From an uncultured Deinococcales bacterium (GTDB lineage Bacteria; Deinococcota; Deinococci; Deinococcales; JAAFIG01): DNA of 62,936 nt. The stretch is from contig CAXTTL010000006.1 in NCBI GenBank assembly GCA_964247135.1, positions 1-62,936 on the forward strand, given 5' to 3'. Both the position numbers and the translations under genes were made by a program. The notes beneath the pieces were generated by a model. The model did not search any database, was not told the DNA's origin, and saw only the letters and a list, made by a program, of their open reading frames with translations. This document shows, piece by piece, positions 48,326 through 57,005 of this stretch (the first letter of the stretch is position 1; each line of letters begins with the position of its first letter).

Positions 48326-48358
48326 ACACCTCGAGCCTCCCAGACCTCGAGGTGTTTT
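48326..48358 (+). terminator. Intrinsic terminator with a CTCGAG stem
   Basis: ACACCTCGAG-N10-CTCGAGGTGT-TTT. Confidence 0.65.
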
Positions 48359-48378
48359 CATGCCTGCTAGAATAAAGC

Positions 48379-48957
48379 GTGATTAAAGCTTTTTTCTTCG
48401 ACATGGACGGCACGATTCTCGAGGGTGTAAGCGACGGACTGCCCGAATTCAAACAAACCTGGGGCATCGCCGCCGATCAACTGGTCGTGCCAAACCTGCC
48501 GCGCCTGCCCGATGCCGCCCGAACAGCCTTTATGCAACTCGAGGAACGGGTTGCCGCCGAAAGCATTTTGCGCGACGGCGTGATTGAATTGCTGCTCGAG
48601 TTAAAAGAGAAAAAAATTCACAGTGCGCTCTTGACCAACAACTCGAGCCTGAGCGCTCAAACCGTGACGAAAAAACACCAGATTTCGTTTGACCTCACCC
48701 TAGCTCGGGACACCGCCAGCGCCATGAAACCCGCCCCAGACATGCTGCACCGGGCGTTAAAACATTTCAACCTCGAGACGCACAATGCCGTCATGATCGG
48801 CGATACGCGTCACGATGTCGGCGCGGCTCGAGCGGCAGGACTGCGCTGCTATCTGATAAGTGAGCCTTGGAATCTTGATCTCGAGGATGAGAACACCAGG
48901 CGCGTTGAGGGTATTTCTGGACTGCGGAAGGCGATTCAAGCCCATCACGGATTTTAA
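48379..48957 (+). CDS. HAD-superfamily hydrolase
   Basis: FDMDGT, LTNN, KP.P, MIGD...D. Confidence 0.9.
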   Translation: MIKAFFFDMDGTILEGVSDGLPEFKQTWGIAADQLVVPNLPRLPDAARTAFMQLEERVAAESILRDGVIELLLELKEKKIHSALLTNNSSLSAQTVTKKHQISFDLTLARDTASAMKPAPDMLHRALKHFNLETHNAVMIGDTRHDVGAARAAGLRCYLISEPWNLDLEDENTRRVEGISGLRKAIQAHHGF

Positions 48958-48979
48958 CGGGGCGTGGCAAGACAGGGCG

Positions 48980-50488
48980 CTAATAATCTCGGTCAAACGC
49001 GAGCGGAAAAACGCCAGTGAACAACCTCGACCACGCGAGGCGAGGTTGTCCCCACTCGAGTCGAATGCCTGGTAGGTGTGGCGCAAAATACTGATCAAAA
49101 AGCGCTTGAGCCAGCGGCGTGATTCGGGCTGTGATCTCGGCTTCGGCAATCGGTTTTAGCTTCCCCAACTCGAACGGACTGGGATTCTCGAGTTTAACCC
49201 GCACTTCGGAACGCACTTTGGTTTGGTACAACCAATCGTCCACCAACCTCGAGAAGACCGCTTCGGCTTGTATCACCGTGTCTTGGGCGTGAAGCGCAAT
49301 CACCCCCGAGGCAATCGAACTGCCCAGCGTGTTGCCTGCCGTGTTCCACGCGGCAAAACCTGCCAGCTTACTGACATCGGTGCGGTCAAGCAGCATGGTT
49401 ACAAAACGCGATTCTGCACCGTTGGCATAGGCGACATCGGCAACCGTCACGGGTTTGGAATGCGCCAGGTCATCGACGATTCGATCAAGAAATTCTGGCA
49501 GGTTTCTGGCGGCGGTATCAACAACCTCAAAATTGGGTTCACGGTGCGATTGCTTCACGGCTGGCGCGTTAACCGCCAAAATCAAATCTGCCAAGTCGGG
49601 ACTCGAGACTGGCACACAACCCGCCGCGCGAAGATGCGCTTTGACCAGTTCTCCGAGCGGACGGTCTTCATAGAGCATGATTGCCTGTTCCGCAAGGACT
49701 GAGGGGTAACGCACGAACACCGCTGGTTTCTCGCCAGGATGGTTGACCAAGGCTCGAGCCAGCAAGACCGCCGCAACCTCGTCCGCGCCAGGGTAAACAT
49801 CCGCTTTGTCCCAAACATTCAAGGCATCAATTTTTGCCTCGAGCCGCCGCCGGTCACGTGCCGCCAAACCATAAACCGTGGTGTCATCCAAGGTCAAGCA
49901 CAGATGCTCGAGTGTTCCGTCTGCCAGCATTTCGATGGCGCGTTGATGAATCGCATGGTTGCGTTCTCGGGTGTCCAACCAGTCTTTCAAAATCTCAGGT
50001 GGAATTGCCGCTCGAGCCTCCTCGAGATTGGCTGCATCCTGCCCGCGTTCAACCCGATCCGTCCACTCGGAAACCAGCCGCAACCCAGCGCCCCACTGCC
50101 CGTAATACGGTTTTTCCTCGAGCGGATCATCATCGTGACCCACGCGCACGATCACGCCATAAGCCAAAATTCGCAGGGCAGGATTGATGGTTTTGAGTTT
50201 CTTCAAAACCTCGAGTCTGGACAGTGCAACCTCGAGCGAATCCGAGACGCGCCGAGCCGGAATCATGCCACCCAAACACAGTGTCTCGAGCGTGATGATC
50301 GCCACATCAGATGTTTTGGCATTCTCGAGCAACCAGTTTGCAATCGCTGCCGTATCACCAGGAATGTTTAAATTGTTCAGCATCTCGAGCGGTGGCGAAA
50401 TCATCTCCACACCCGCCACTCGAGCCAACTGATGCGGCAACTCGAGGGTTGGCGGACGGGTGTCGCAGGGAACGAACAAGACTTTCAT
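48980..50488 (-). CDS. DUF4127-family protein
   Basis: VPCDTRP, GGMI, LDD, YPGADE, WNTAGNTLG, DDW.YQ. Confidence 0.85.
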   Translation of the reverse strand: MKVLFVPCDTRPPTLELPHQLARVAGVEMISPPLEMLNNLNIPGDTAAIANWLLENAKTSDVAIITLETLCLGGMIPARRVSDSLEVALSRLEVLKKLKTINPALRILAYGVIVRVGHDDDPLEEKPYYGQWGAGLRLVSEWTDRVERGQDAANLEEARAAIPPEILKDWLDTRERNHAIHQRAIEMLADGTLEHLCLTLDDTTVYGLAARDRRRLEAKIDALNVWDKADVYPGADEVAAVLLARALVNHPGEKPAVFVRYPSVLAEQAIMLYEDRPLGELVKAHLRAAGCVPVSSPDLADLILAVNAPAVKQSHREPNFEVVDTAARNLPEFLDRIVDDLAHSKPVTVADVAYANGAESRFVTMLLDRTDVSKLAGFAAWNTAGNTLGSSIASGVIALHAQDTVIQAEAVFSRLVDDWLYQTKVRSEVRVKLENPSPFELGKLKPIAEAEITARITPLAQALFDQYFAPHLPGIRLEWGQPRLAWSRLFTGVFPLAFDRDY

Positions 50489-50510
50489 GACATTAAGAAT
50501 ACCCGAGGTT

Positions 50511-51101
50511 TCAAGATTGCTTCATAAGTCGTTCCTCGAGTTTTGCTTTCACTTCTTCCCATTCCGAATCCAGAATACTGAACACCACACTGTCCCGCAC
50601 AAAACCATCGGGTCGCGTTTGGTACTTTCGCAGCACTCCTTCGCGGGTTGCCCCCAGTTTCTCGAGCGCCCTGATTGACCTTTCGTTTCGCGCATCGGCT
50701 TTAAACTGCACCCGAACCGCACCCAAGACCGAAAACGCGTGCTCGAGCAATAAGAACTTGCTTTCGGGGTTGCAAAACCCACCCTGAAATTTGGGAACGA
50801 TCATCGTGCCAATCTCCAAAGATTTGTGGCTGGGGCGAATGTCGGAATACGAGATTCTTCCTGCAACATCGCTCGAGCCTTGAATGCAGATCGCAAAATT
50901 GATGCGGTTCGGTTCGCTGTTCAGCATCTCAATGTAAGCTTGCATCGCCGCCAAACTCTTGTCCTTGGGTGCTCCTCGAGACAAGTACGTTGCCACAATC
51001 GGGTCGTAATGTTCCCGCATGGCATTCGCGTGCGACTGGGTTAAAGGCTCGAGCCTGACAAACCGCCCCTCGAGCGTGATGGGTTCAATCCAATGGCTCA
51101 T
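50511..51101 (-). CDS. RimJ/RimL-family GNAT acetyltransferase
   Basis: LEGRFVRLEPL, RVQFKADARNERS, LGATREG. Confidence 0.9.
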   Translation of the reverse strand: MSHWIEPITLEGRFVRLEPLTQSHANAMREHYDPIVATYLSRGAPKDKSLAAMQAYIEMLNSEPNRINFAICIQGSSDVAGRISYSDIRPSHKSLEIGTMIVPKFQGGFCNPESKFLLLEHAFSVLGAVRVQFKADARNERSIRALEKLGATREGVLRKYQTRPDGFVRDSVVFSILDSEWEEVKAKLEERLMKQS

Positions 51102-51391
51102 TTCTTTCTCTTGTTTCTCGAGCGTTTTTTATATGCCTCGCCGCGTTTCTCGAGCAACGTGACATCAATAATTCTGCCGTCAAGATTGAAATAAACGCGC
51201 CAATCTCCAACCCTTAGACGGTATCGTCCCGTATAAGCATCACCAATGTCTTTAACATCTCCAATGCCCAGTTGTGCCATGCGTTCTAAAGATTCTACGA
51301 GACGAACAGCATCTTCATCGGACATGTGGTTCAGTTGTTTTTGTACACTACGACGAATCTCGAGTTGATACGGCGCAATTTCAGGACGCAT
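51098..51391 (-). CDS. relE: RelE/StbE-family toxin (TA pair 1)
   Basis: YRLRVGDWRVYF, RGEAY. Confidence 0.85.
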   Translation of the reverse strand: MRPEIAPYQLEIRRSVQKQLNHMSDEDAVRLVESLERMAQLGIGDVKDIGDAYTGRYRLRVGDWRVYFNLDGRIIDVTLLEKRGEAYKKRSRNKRKK

Positions 51392-51662
51392 TCTGTTGTG
51401 ACTTTCGCAACCTCATGGCTTCTCGCAATGAGATTCTAGGTTCAGTTTCAGCTTGTTTGATTTTTTCAAGGGTTTCTTTGGAAACACTTCCTTTTGGTAA
51501 TTTCGGTGCATTCCTAAGCAAAGCCTCGAAAGGGTGTTCTGGCACAAGCTCTTGTACCATTAGCTCTAAGGCTTTGGCACGGTTGCGAATGCCATGTTGA
51601 GCACGGTAACGATCTACAGCACGAAGCACACTTTCGGGTAATGCCCTGGCAAGGTCAGTCAT
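51381..51662 (-). CDS. Antitoxin, RHH-like (TA pair 1)
   Basis: Upstream of and overlapping the toxin; leaderless after TAGAAT. Confidence 0.75.
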   Translation of the reverse strand: MTDLARALPESVLRAVDRYRAQHGIRNRAKALELMVQELVPEHPFEALLRNAPKLPKGSVSKETLEKIKQAETEPRISLREAMRLRKSQQNAS

Positions 51663-51693
51663 GACAGAATTCTAGTCCTTTTTTGGTTTTACT

Positions 51694-53094
51694 TCACGCG
51701 TTCTCGAGCTTCTCGAGGTTGAAGGCTTTGTGAATCGCCCTCACGGTGCGCACCGTGTCCACGTCTTCTATCGCAAACGAAATGTTGGTTTCGCTCGAGC
51801 CTTGGGAAATCATGTCGAGGTTGACGCCCTCGAGTGCGACAGCGGTGAAGAGCTTGGCGGCAACACCTTTCGCGCCGCGCATCCCTTCGCCCACCACGGC
51901 AACAATGGCGATGCCTTCCCAGTATTCGATGGTTTTGACCAGATCGCTGTTCTCAAATTGGGCTTGCAGCGCGTCAAAAGCGCGTTTGACATCAGATTGC
52001 TGCACGACCAAGGAAATGTTCGCCATGCTCGAGCTTTGCGAAATCATCAAGACATTGACGCTTTTTTCGGTCAGGACATCAAAAATTTTACTGACCACCT
52101 CTGGCACGCCGACCATGCCCGCGCCGGAAATATCCAGAATCGCGGCGCTGCGAATGGCGGTCACGGCTTTCACGACGTTCTTGATCGGCTTGGATTCGGC
52201 GGTCACCAGCGTGCCTGGAAAGCTCGGGTCGGCGGCACTTTTCACGCGCAACGGAATATTCTTGTCTTGCAACGGCGTGACCGCCAAAGGATGCAGGACT
52301 TTCGCGCCAAAGTACGCCATCTCCATGATCTCGAGGTAAGAAAGTTGCTCGAGGTTTTGGGCTTCTGGCACGATGCGCGGGTCGGTGGTCATGACGCCGT
52401 CCACGTCTTTCCAAGTCCAAACTTCGCTGGCATTAAGCGCCGCGCCCAGAATGGTCGCTGTGTAATCGCTGCCGCCGCGCCCGAGCGTGGTGATGACCCC
52501 CTTCACGGTTTCTCCGATGAACCCCGTGACCACAGGGGTGATGCCACCTTCAAAAAGTTGCTCGAGCCGTTCTGGAATGCGGGTGTACGCCTCGGGGAGC
52601 GGACGGGCGTTGCCAAAATTATTGTTGGTCACCAAACCCGCTTGCCCGCCCGTCAAGTCTTGCGCCTTGACGCCCAACGCCTCGAGCGCGGCTGCCATCA
52701 AGGGCGCACTCAGGCGCTCGCCAAAGGAGACGATCAAATCTTTGGAACGCAACGATAATTCGCGCAGCAAGTAAATGCCGTGAACCGTCTGGCTTAAGGA
52801 TTCCAGCATCTCGAGCAATTTTTTGTTACCGCTCGAGCCGTCATCAGCGCCCAATTCTTTGGCGGTGCTGATGTGCCTGGTTTTGATCAACTCAATTTCG
52901 GCGTTCGCAAACTCGAGTTCGCCCTGTTCGGCGCTGCTGGCAATTTTGAGAAGTTGGTCGGTCACGCCGCTCATGGCGCTTGGCACGACCGCCACTTTGG
53001 TTCCAGTGTTGGCAGTCGCAGCGACCAAGGATGCGGAGTGCTGAATGGCGGTTGTGGAACCCATTAATGTTCCACCAAATTTCATCACGATCAT
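51694..53094 (-). CDS. lysC: Aspartate kinase with two ACT domains
   Basis: VMKFGG, SFGE.LS, TLGRGGSDY, DVDGV...DP, GAKVLHP. Confidence 0.94.
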   Translation of the reverse strand: MIVMKFGGTLMGSTTAIQHSASLVAATANTGTKVAVVPSAMSGVTDQLLKIASSAEQGELEFANAEIELIKTRHISTAKELGADDGSSGNKKLLEMLESLSQTVHGIYLLRELSLRSKDLIVSFGERLSAPLMAAALEALGVKAQDLTGGQAGLVTNNNFGNARPLPEAYTRIPERLEQLFEGGITPVVTGFIGETVKGVITTLGRGGSDYTATILGAALNASEVWTWKDVDGVMTTDPRIVPEAQNLEQLSYLEIMEMAYFGAKVLHPLAVTPLQDKNIPLRVKSAADPSFPGTLVTAESKPIKNVVKAVTAIRSAAILDISGAGMVGVPEVVSKIFDVLTEKSVNVLMISQSSSMANISLVVQQSDVKRAFDALQAQFENSDLVKTIEYWEGIAIVAVVGEGMRGAKGVAAKLFTAVALEGVNLDMISQGSSETNISFAIEDVDTVRTVRAIHKAFNLEKLENA

Positions 53095-53140
53095 GCAAAA
53101 TCCTCCAAAATAAACGCTTATAACCTGCTAAACTTATTTT

Positions 53141-53452
53141 ATGACGTATCTCGAGAAAGCAGTCAATTCTGAAACTTTGGCGCGTATTGATTTGTTCCGC
53201 AAACAACGCGGTATTCGCACTCGAAAACAAGCACTCGAGATGCTGGTATTGGAAGCTGTTTTGCCGCAAGAACATCCTTTGACCATCAAATTACGCAACG
53301 CTCCAAAAGCCCCAAAAGGCAGTGTTTCACCAGAAATTGTTGAGCAGATACTGCAAATTCGTGCTGATCGGGCAAACAAAAAAGAAATCTTTACATCGCT
53401 TGAAATATTGAAAGAAAAAACCTTACGCAGACAACGTGAGCGTTCGTCCTGA
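53141..53452 (+). CDS. Antitoxin (TA pair 2), paralogue of 51381..51662
   Basis: Shared GIR.R..ALE and EHP....LRNAPK.PKGSVS motifs; leaderless after TAAACT. Confidence 0.75.
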   Translation: MTYLEKAVNSETLARIDLFRKQRGIRTRKQALEMLVLEAVLPQEHPLTIKLRNAPKAPKGSVSPEIVEQILQIRADRANKKEIFTSLEILKEKTLRRQRERSS

Positions 53453-53726
53453 ATTTGCACCATATACAATCATTACAAGTAAAACCTTTGATAAGCAGCT
53501 TGGCAAACTCTCTTCAGCAAATGCAATTCGCATTTTAAACTCACTTGAGGCTCTTGGTCTTACAGCAGTTGGCGACATTGTGAACGTTGGTGCTCACTTA
53601 CCAGGAGCATTTCGATTGCGGGTTGGCGATTTACGTGTGTATTTTGACGTTGAGGATCAAACGATTGTTGTGAACATGCTCGAGAAACGCGGCGAGGCAT
53701 ACAAAAGAAAATCTCGAAATCGTTAA
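53436..53726 (+). CDS. relE: RelE/StbE-family toxin (TA pair 2)
   Basis: FRLRVGDLRVYF, LEKRGEAY. Confidence 0.85.
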   Translation: MSVRPEFAPYTIITSKTFDKQLGKLSSANAIRILNSLEALGLTAVGDIVNVGAHLPGAFRLRVGDLRVYFDVEDQTIVVNMLEKRGEAYKRKSRNR

Positions 53727-53728
53727 AC

Positions 53729-54223
53729 CTACTCGAGAATATGGGCAATGTGGTGCTTGAGATGCCCCACATAATCGACCATCACAAACTCGAGCGCGAT
53801 GGGTTCACCGCCGCCGATGCTGCACGGAGTTTGCAAAAATTCGGGCGAAACATGTTTCATGACGTGCAAAACCTGCTGGTTTAAACTTTTCCACAAGCGC
53901 ACCAACTCGCCCCAAACCCTGGTTTGGTACTCGCCCACTGCTACCCACTCGTTTTGGTTGTAACCCGCAATTTTGAGCACGGCAGCATCGAGGTGCGCCG
54001 GAATTTGCGCCCGCACAAAACGCTGGTGGTTGTTCAGGGCGCTGTCGATCAAATGACCCAACTCTTGCTTTTTGCTCCATTTGCCGTCCTCGCCCGCTTT
54101 TTGCGTGTCGATGTACGGCAGGGCAATCAATTCGCCTTCAAACTTCAAGGCGAACTCGAGTTCGAGAATGGCATTCTCGAGCGTGGCGGTTTTGAGTAAG
54201 TGCGAGTACGGGGTTTTCAACAT
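53729..54223 (-). CDS. DinB-family protein
   Basis: GKWSKKQELGHLIDSA.NN..RF, DY..HL.HH. Confidence 0.85.
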   Translation of the reverse strand: MLKTPYSHLLKTATLENAILELEFALKFEGELIALPYIDTQKAGEDGKWSKKQELGHLIDSALNNHQRFVRAQIPAHLDAAVLKIAGYNQNEWVAVGEYQTRVWGELVRLWKSLNQQVLHVMKHVSPEFLQTPCSIGGGEPIALEFVMVDYVGHLKHHIAHILE

Positions 54224-54267
54224 GGGTTCACCTCGAGAGACTGGGATTGCAGAGGGCAAGTAAAATT

Positions 54268-55287
54268 TTAAGACTTGAGTAAGTTTTTTTCCTGCATGTA
54301 TTCAGCAATTTGCACGGCGTTTAAAGCCGCACCTTTCAAAAGTTGGTCGCCCGCCACAAAAATATCCAGCCCACCATCAAAAACTTCACTCGAGCGAATC
54401 CGTCCAACTTCAACATCGTACTTGCCACTGGCGGTCAAGGGCATTGGGTACAAGTTCTGGCTTGGGTCATCGCGGACTTCAACCCCTGGCGCCGTCTCGA
54501 GCAAAGCGCGAACATCACTCGGGTTGGCTGGTCTTTCAAGCTCGAGCGTGATCGCTTCAGAGTGCGTGCGCAGGGTTGGGATGCGCACGGCGGTACACGA
54601 GATTTTGATGTCGTTCGCCCGCATGATCTTGCGGGTTTCCCAGGCGACCTTCATTTCTTCTTTGGTGTAACCGTTGTCCTGGAAGCTATCGATGTGCGGA
54701 ATCACATTAAAGACGATGCTGTGCGCGAAGACGTTGTTCTCGACTGGCTTGCCCTCGAGCGAGTTGCGGGTTTGCTCGAGCAGTTCGCCCATGCCTTTTG
54801 CACCCGCGCCGCTGGTGGCTTGGTAGGTGCTGATGATGGCGCGTTTGATGCCGTAAGCCTTGTGAATCGGGTTTAACGCCATGACCGCAATGGCGGTCGT
54901 GCAGTTCGGGTTGGCGACAATCCCGCCCTTCGCCCAGTTTTTCTCGAGCAGCACATCGCCGTTGATTTCTGGAACGACCAGTGGAATTTCGGGGTCGTAG
55001 CGAAAGGCGCTCGAGTTGTCAATCACGACCGCGCCAGCCGCCGCCCAAATTGGGGCTTGGGATTTGCTGATGCTGCCGCCCGCACTCGCCAGAATCACAT
55101 CGGCGTCAATTGCGCCCTCGGGCATGACTTCAACGGTCAACGGCTTCCCTTTAAACTCGAGTTTCGTTCCCGCGCTGCGCGGGCTGGCGTAAAGCCTTAA
55201 CTCCGAGAATTTGAGGTTGGAACGCTCGAGCACCCTGAGCAATTCGTGACCGACCGCGCCGCTGGCTCCAACAATCGCTAATTTCAT
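54268..55287 (-). CDS. asd: Aspartate-semialdehyde dehydrogenase
   Basis: [39 protein letters not shown]. Confidence 0.96.
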   Translation of the reverse strand: MKLAIVGASGAVGHELLRVLERSNLKFSELRLYASPRSAGTKLEFKGKPLTVEVMPEGAIDADVILASAGGSISKSQAPIWAAAGAVVIDNSSAFRYDPEIPLVVPEINGDVLLEKNWAKGGIVANPNCTTAIAVMALNPIHKAYGIKRAIISTYQATSGAGAKGMGELLEQTRNSLEGKPVENNVFAHSIVFNVIPHIDSFQDNGYTKEEMKVAWETRKIMRANDIKISCTAVRIPTLRTHSEAITLELERPANPSDVRALLETAPGVEVRDDPSQNLYPMPLTASGKYDVEVGRIRSSEVFDGGLDIFVAGDQLLKGAALNAVQIAEYMQEKNLLKS

Positions 55288-55324
55288 GGTTTCCGTCCTT
55301 TGCTGTTCACGCATTGTAACCAAT

Positions 55325-55349
55325 AAAAAACCCGCCCTGGCAGGCGAGT
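55325..55349 (-). terminator. Attenuator terminator in the asd leader
   Basis: ACTCGCCT-GCCA-GGGCGGGT followed by a T-run. Confidence 0.75.
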
Positions 55350-55379
55350 AAAAGCGACAAACCCTTTGGGGTCTGCCGC

Positions 55380-55412
55380 CTAAATAGTCGTGGTGGTGAA
55401 CACGTGCTTCAT
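55380..55412 (-). CDS. Thr/Ile-rich leader peptide [10 protein letters not shown]
   Basis: ATG AAG CAC GTG TTC ACC ACC ACG ACT ATT TAG upstream of asd, followed by alternative hairpins. Confidence 0.85.
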   Translation of the reverse strand: MKHVFTTTTI

Positions 55413-55445
55413 CTGGAATTAAATTAGCATTTCAACAGGGGTGTG

Positions 55446-55949
55446 TCAATTTTCCAGTACTGTCTCGTCCAGCGCATCAGGCTCGAGCCAAGCAATCAAC
55501 GAGGTTGGCAGTCCAAGCGCGATGGCGGCGATTGAAAGAATAAAAACTTGCGTCTCGAGTTTGAAGAAATCTTTGACCCGCATCACTGGCTCGTTTGGGT
55601 CTTGTTTGATGAGGTATCCGATGGTTGCGCCAAGAACTGCACCGAGCACGCCAGCCATCGTCCAGTAGGCAATGCGGTGGGCGTGATCGCGCAGTGCCCG
55701 TTCGCGTTCGTCGGTGATGAGGTTGGTGGAGTTTGATAAATTGCGCGTGGCAAATTGCAAGACGATGCCCAAAATGCTGCTGACCATCAATGCCGCCAAT
55801 GCCAGATAACCCAGTTTCGCCAACGACAACACGGTTGCGGTAACCAGAAAAACGCTGCCAATGACGGTCAATACCCGACGGTTGCGGCGTACCCTGAGCG
55901 GTTTGATCGGTATGGGAAACGGATTTTTAATCTCTTGATTCATTCTCAT
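55446..55949 (-). CDS. Membrane protein (DUF2178-like, DERE motif)
   Basis: Four hydrophobic segments, TDERE...A...AY, AWLEP. Confidence 0.75.
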   Translation of the reverse strand: MRMNQEIKNPFPIPIKPLRVRRNRRVLTVIGSVFLVTATVLSLAKLGYLALAALMVSSILGIVLQFATRNLSNSTNLITDERERALRDHAHRIAYWTMAGVLGAVLGATIGYLIKQDPNEPVMRVKDFFKLETQVFILSIAAIALGLPTSLIAWLEPDALDETVLEN

Positions 55950-55961
55950 CAGGGCATCCTT

Positions 55962-56447
55962 TCAAGGCTCGAGGTCAGGGATTGGCTCGGGTTGAGTCCA
56001 TGCCATGACGCAGGTTGGCATGAACAACCCAGCAACAAACAACCCCATCAAGAAGTCTCGAGGTTGCAGGGCGGGGATGGCAATTCCAAAAAGTTCCAAG
56101 ATGATTGTTGTGCTGTAAAGCACCGTGATTATGCCCATCAGGTTTCTAAAAGCATTGAGATAGACCAGGTTGCGGTCTGCGATTTCTCGTTCGTCGAGCA
56201 GGTTGTCCGGCAGGTCGGCTCGAGCATGGGTGGCGCCGATGAGCCAAACGAGGCAAACGATGGACAGTGCAACCAGTGGCAGGGCGAACAGTTTGAGACT
56301 CGAGTTGCCAAAGACCAACACTCCCAGCACAATCAGTGCGGCATAAAAGGCAATCACCATTTGACGGCGGGCGCGTTGTTTGAACGCCCATTTTGGCGTG
56401 TAACGTTCGAGCTTGAGGTTCAGGGGTTCTTGTTTCATGGTGTCCAT
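55962..56447 (-). CDS. Membrane protein, paralogue of 55446..55949
   Basis: LDERE...R, AWTQP; AAGGA SD. Confidence 0.75.
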   Translation of the reverse strand: MDTMKQEPLNLKLERYTPKWAFKQRARRQMVIAFYAALIVLGVLVFGNSSLKLFALPLVALSIVCLVWLIGATHARADLPDNLLDEREIADRNLVYLNAFRNLMGIITVLYSTTIILELFGIAIPALQPRDFLMGLFVAGLFMPTCVMAWTQPEPIPDLEP

Positions 56448-56448
56448 G

Positions 56449-56727
56449 TCATTCCTTTCGGTCTGCGTTGGTGTGATACACAGTTTCGGAGAGTAGTTTA
56501 AATGGGGTTCTGGAGAAAATCGCTTCAATCGGTAATCCAAAAAAATCGCTGAATTTAAACGCCAGGTCCAGGCTTGGTTTGTAATCGCCTCGCTCGAGGT
56601 AGCCAATGGTTTGAAAGTTGACGCCCACCGCGTCTGCCAGGTCTTGCCTCGAGAGGTTGCGTTCGGCGCGGAGCACCACCAGTCTGGAGTAGATTGTTGC
56701 TGAATTTTGGTCTTTCGTTGCTTTCAC
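56449..56727 (-). CDS. XRE-family HTH regulator
   Basis: LRAERNLSRQDLADAVGV..QTIGYLERG.Y.PSL.LA; start GTG inferred. Confidence 0.88.
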   Translation of the reverse strand: MKATKDQNSATIYSRLVVLRAERNLSRQDLADAVGVNFQTIGYLERGDYKPSLDLAFKFSDFFGLPIEAIFSRTPFKLLSETVYHTNADRKE

Positions 56728-56735
56728 AAATTTAT

Positions 56736-56753
56736 TGTTGTATATGTACAACA
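56736..56753. promoter_or_regulatory. Palindromic operator, probably for XRE autoregulation
   Basis: TGTTGTA-TATG-TACAACA just upstream of the inferred XRE start. Confidence 0.7.
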
Positions 56754-57005
56754 TTTTGTCAAGATATTCTCGATGGCGGATTGGCACAAAGGCAAGCCGC
56801 AAACAGCACGGTTTTCCGACAGCAACGGCGGATTCTGGCAAACTCGAGGAACGCTCCTTCAAGACCCTCAATGCTGCAAGCAAGGCTCGAGCATCAATTC
56901 TCGACAATTGAGAATTTGAGGATTCTCGAGCTATTCTGAACTTCGTGTTACAATCATTGCGAGCCGTGAAACACAGTACAATCCTTTTTTAAGAGGTGAT
57001 CTTTT

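Noticed and set aside
51637-51655. GGTAATGCCCTGGCAAGG box-like sequence
   Set aside because: Inside the antitoxin coding sequence, poor second half-site, and no correctly spaced -10
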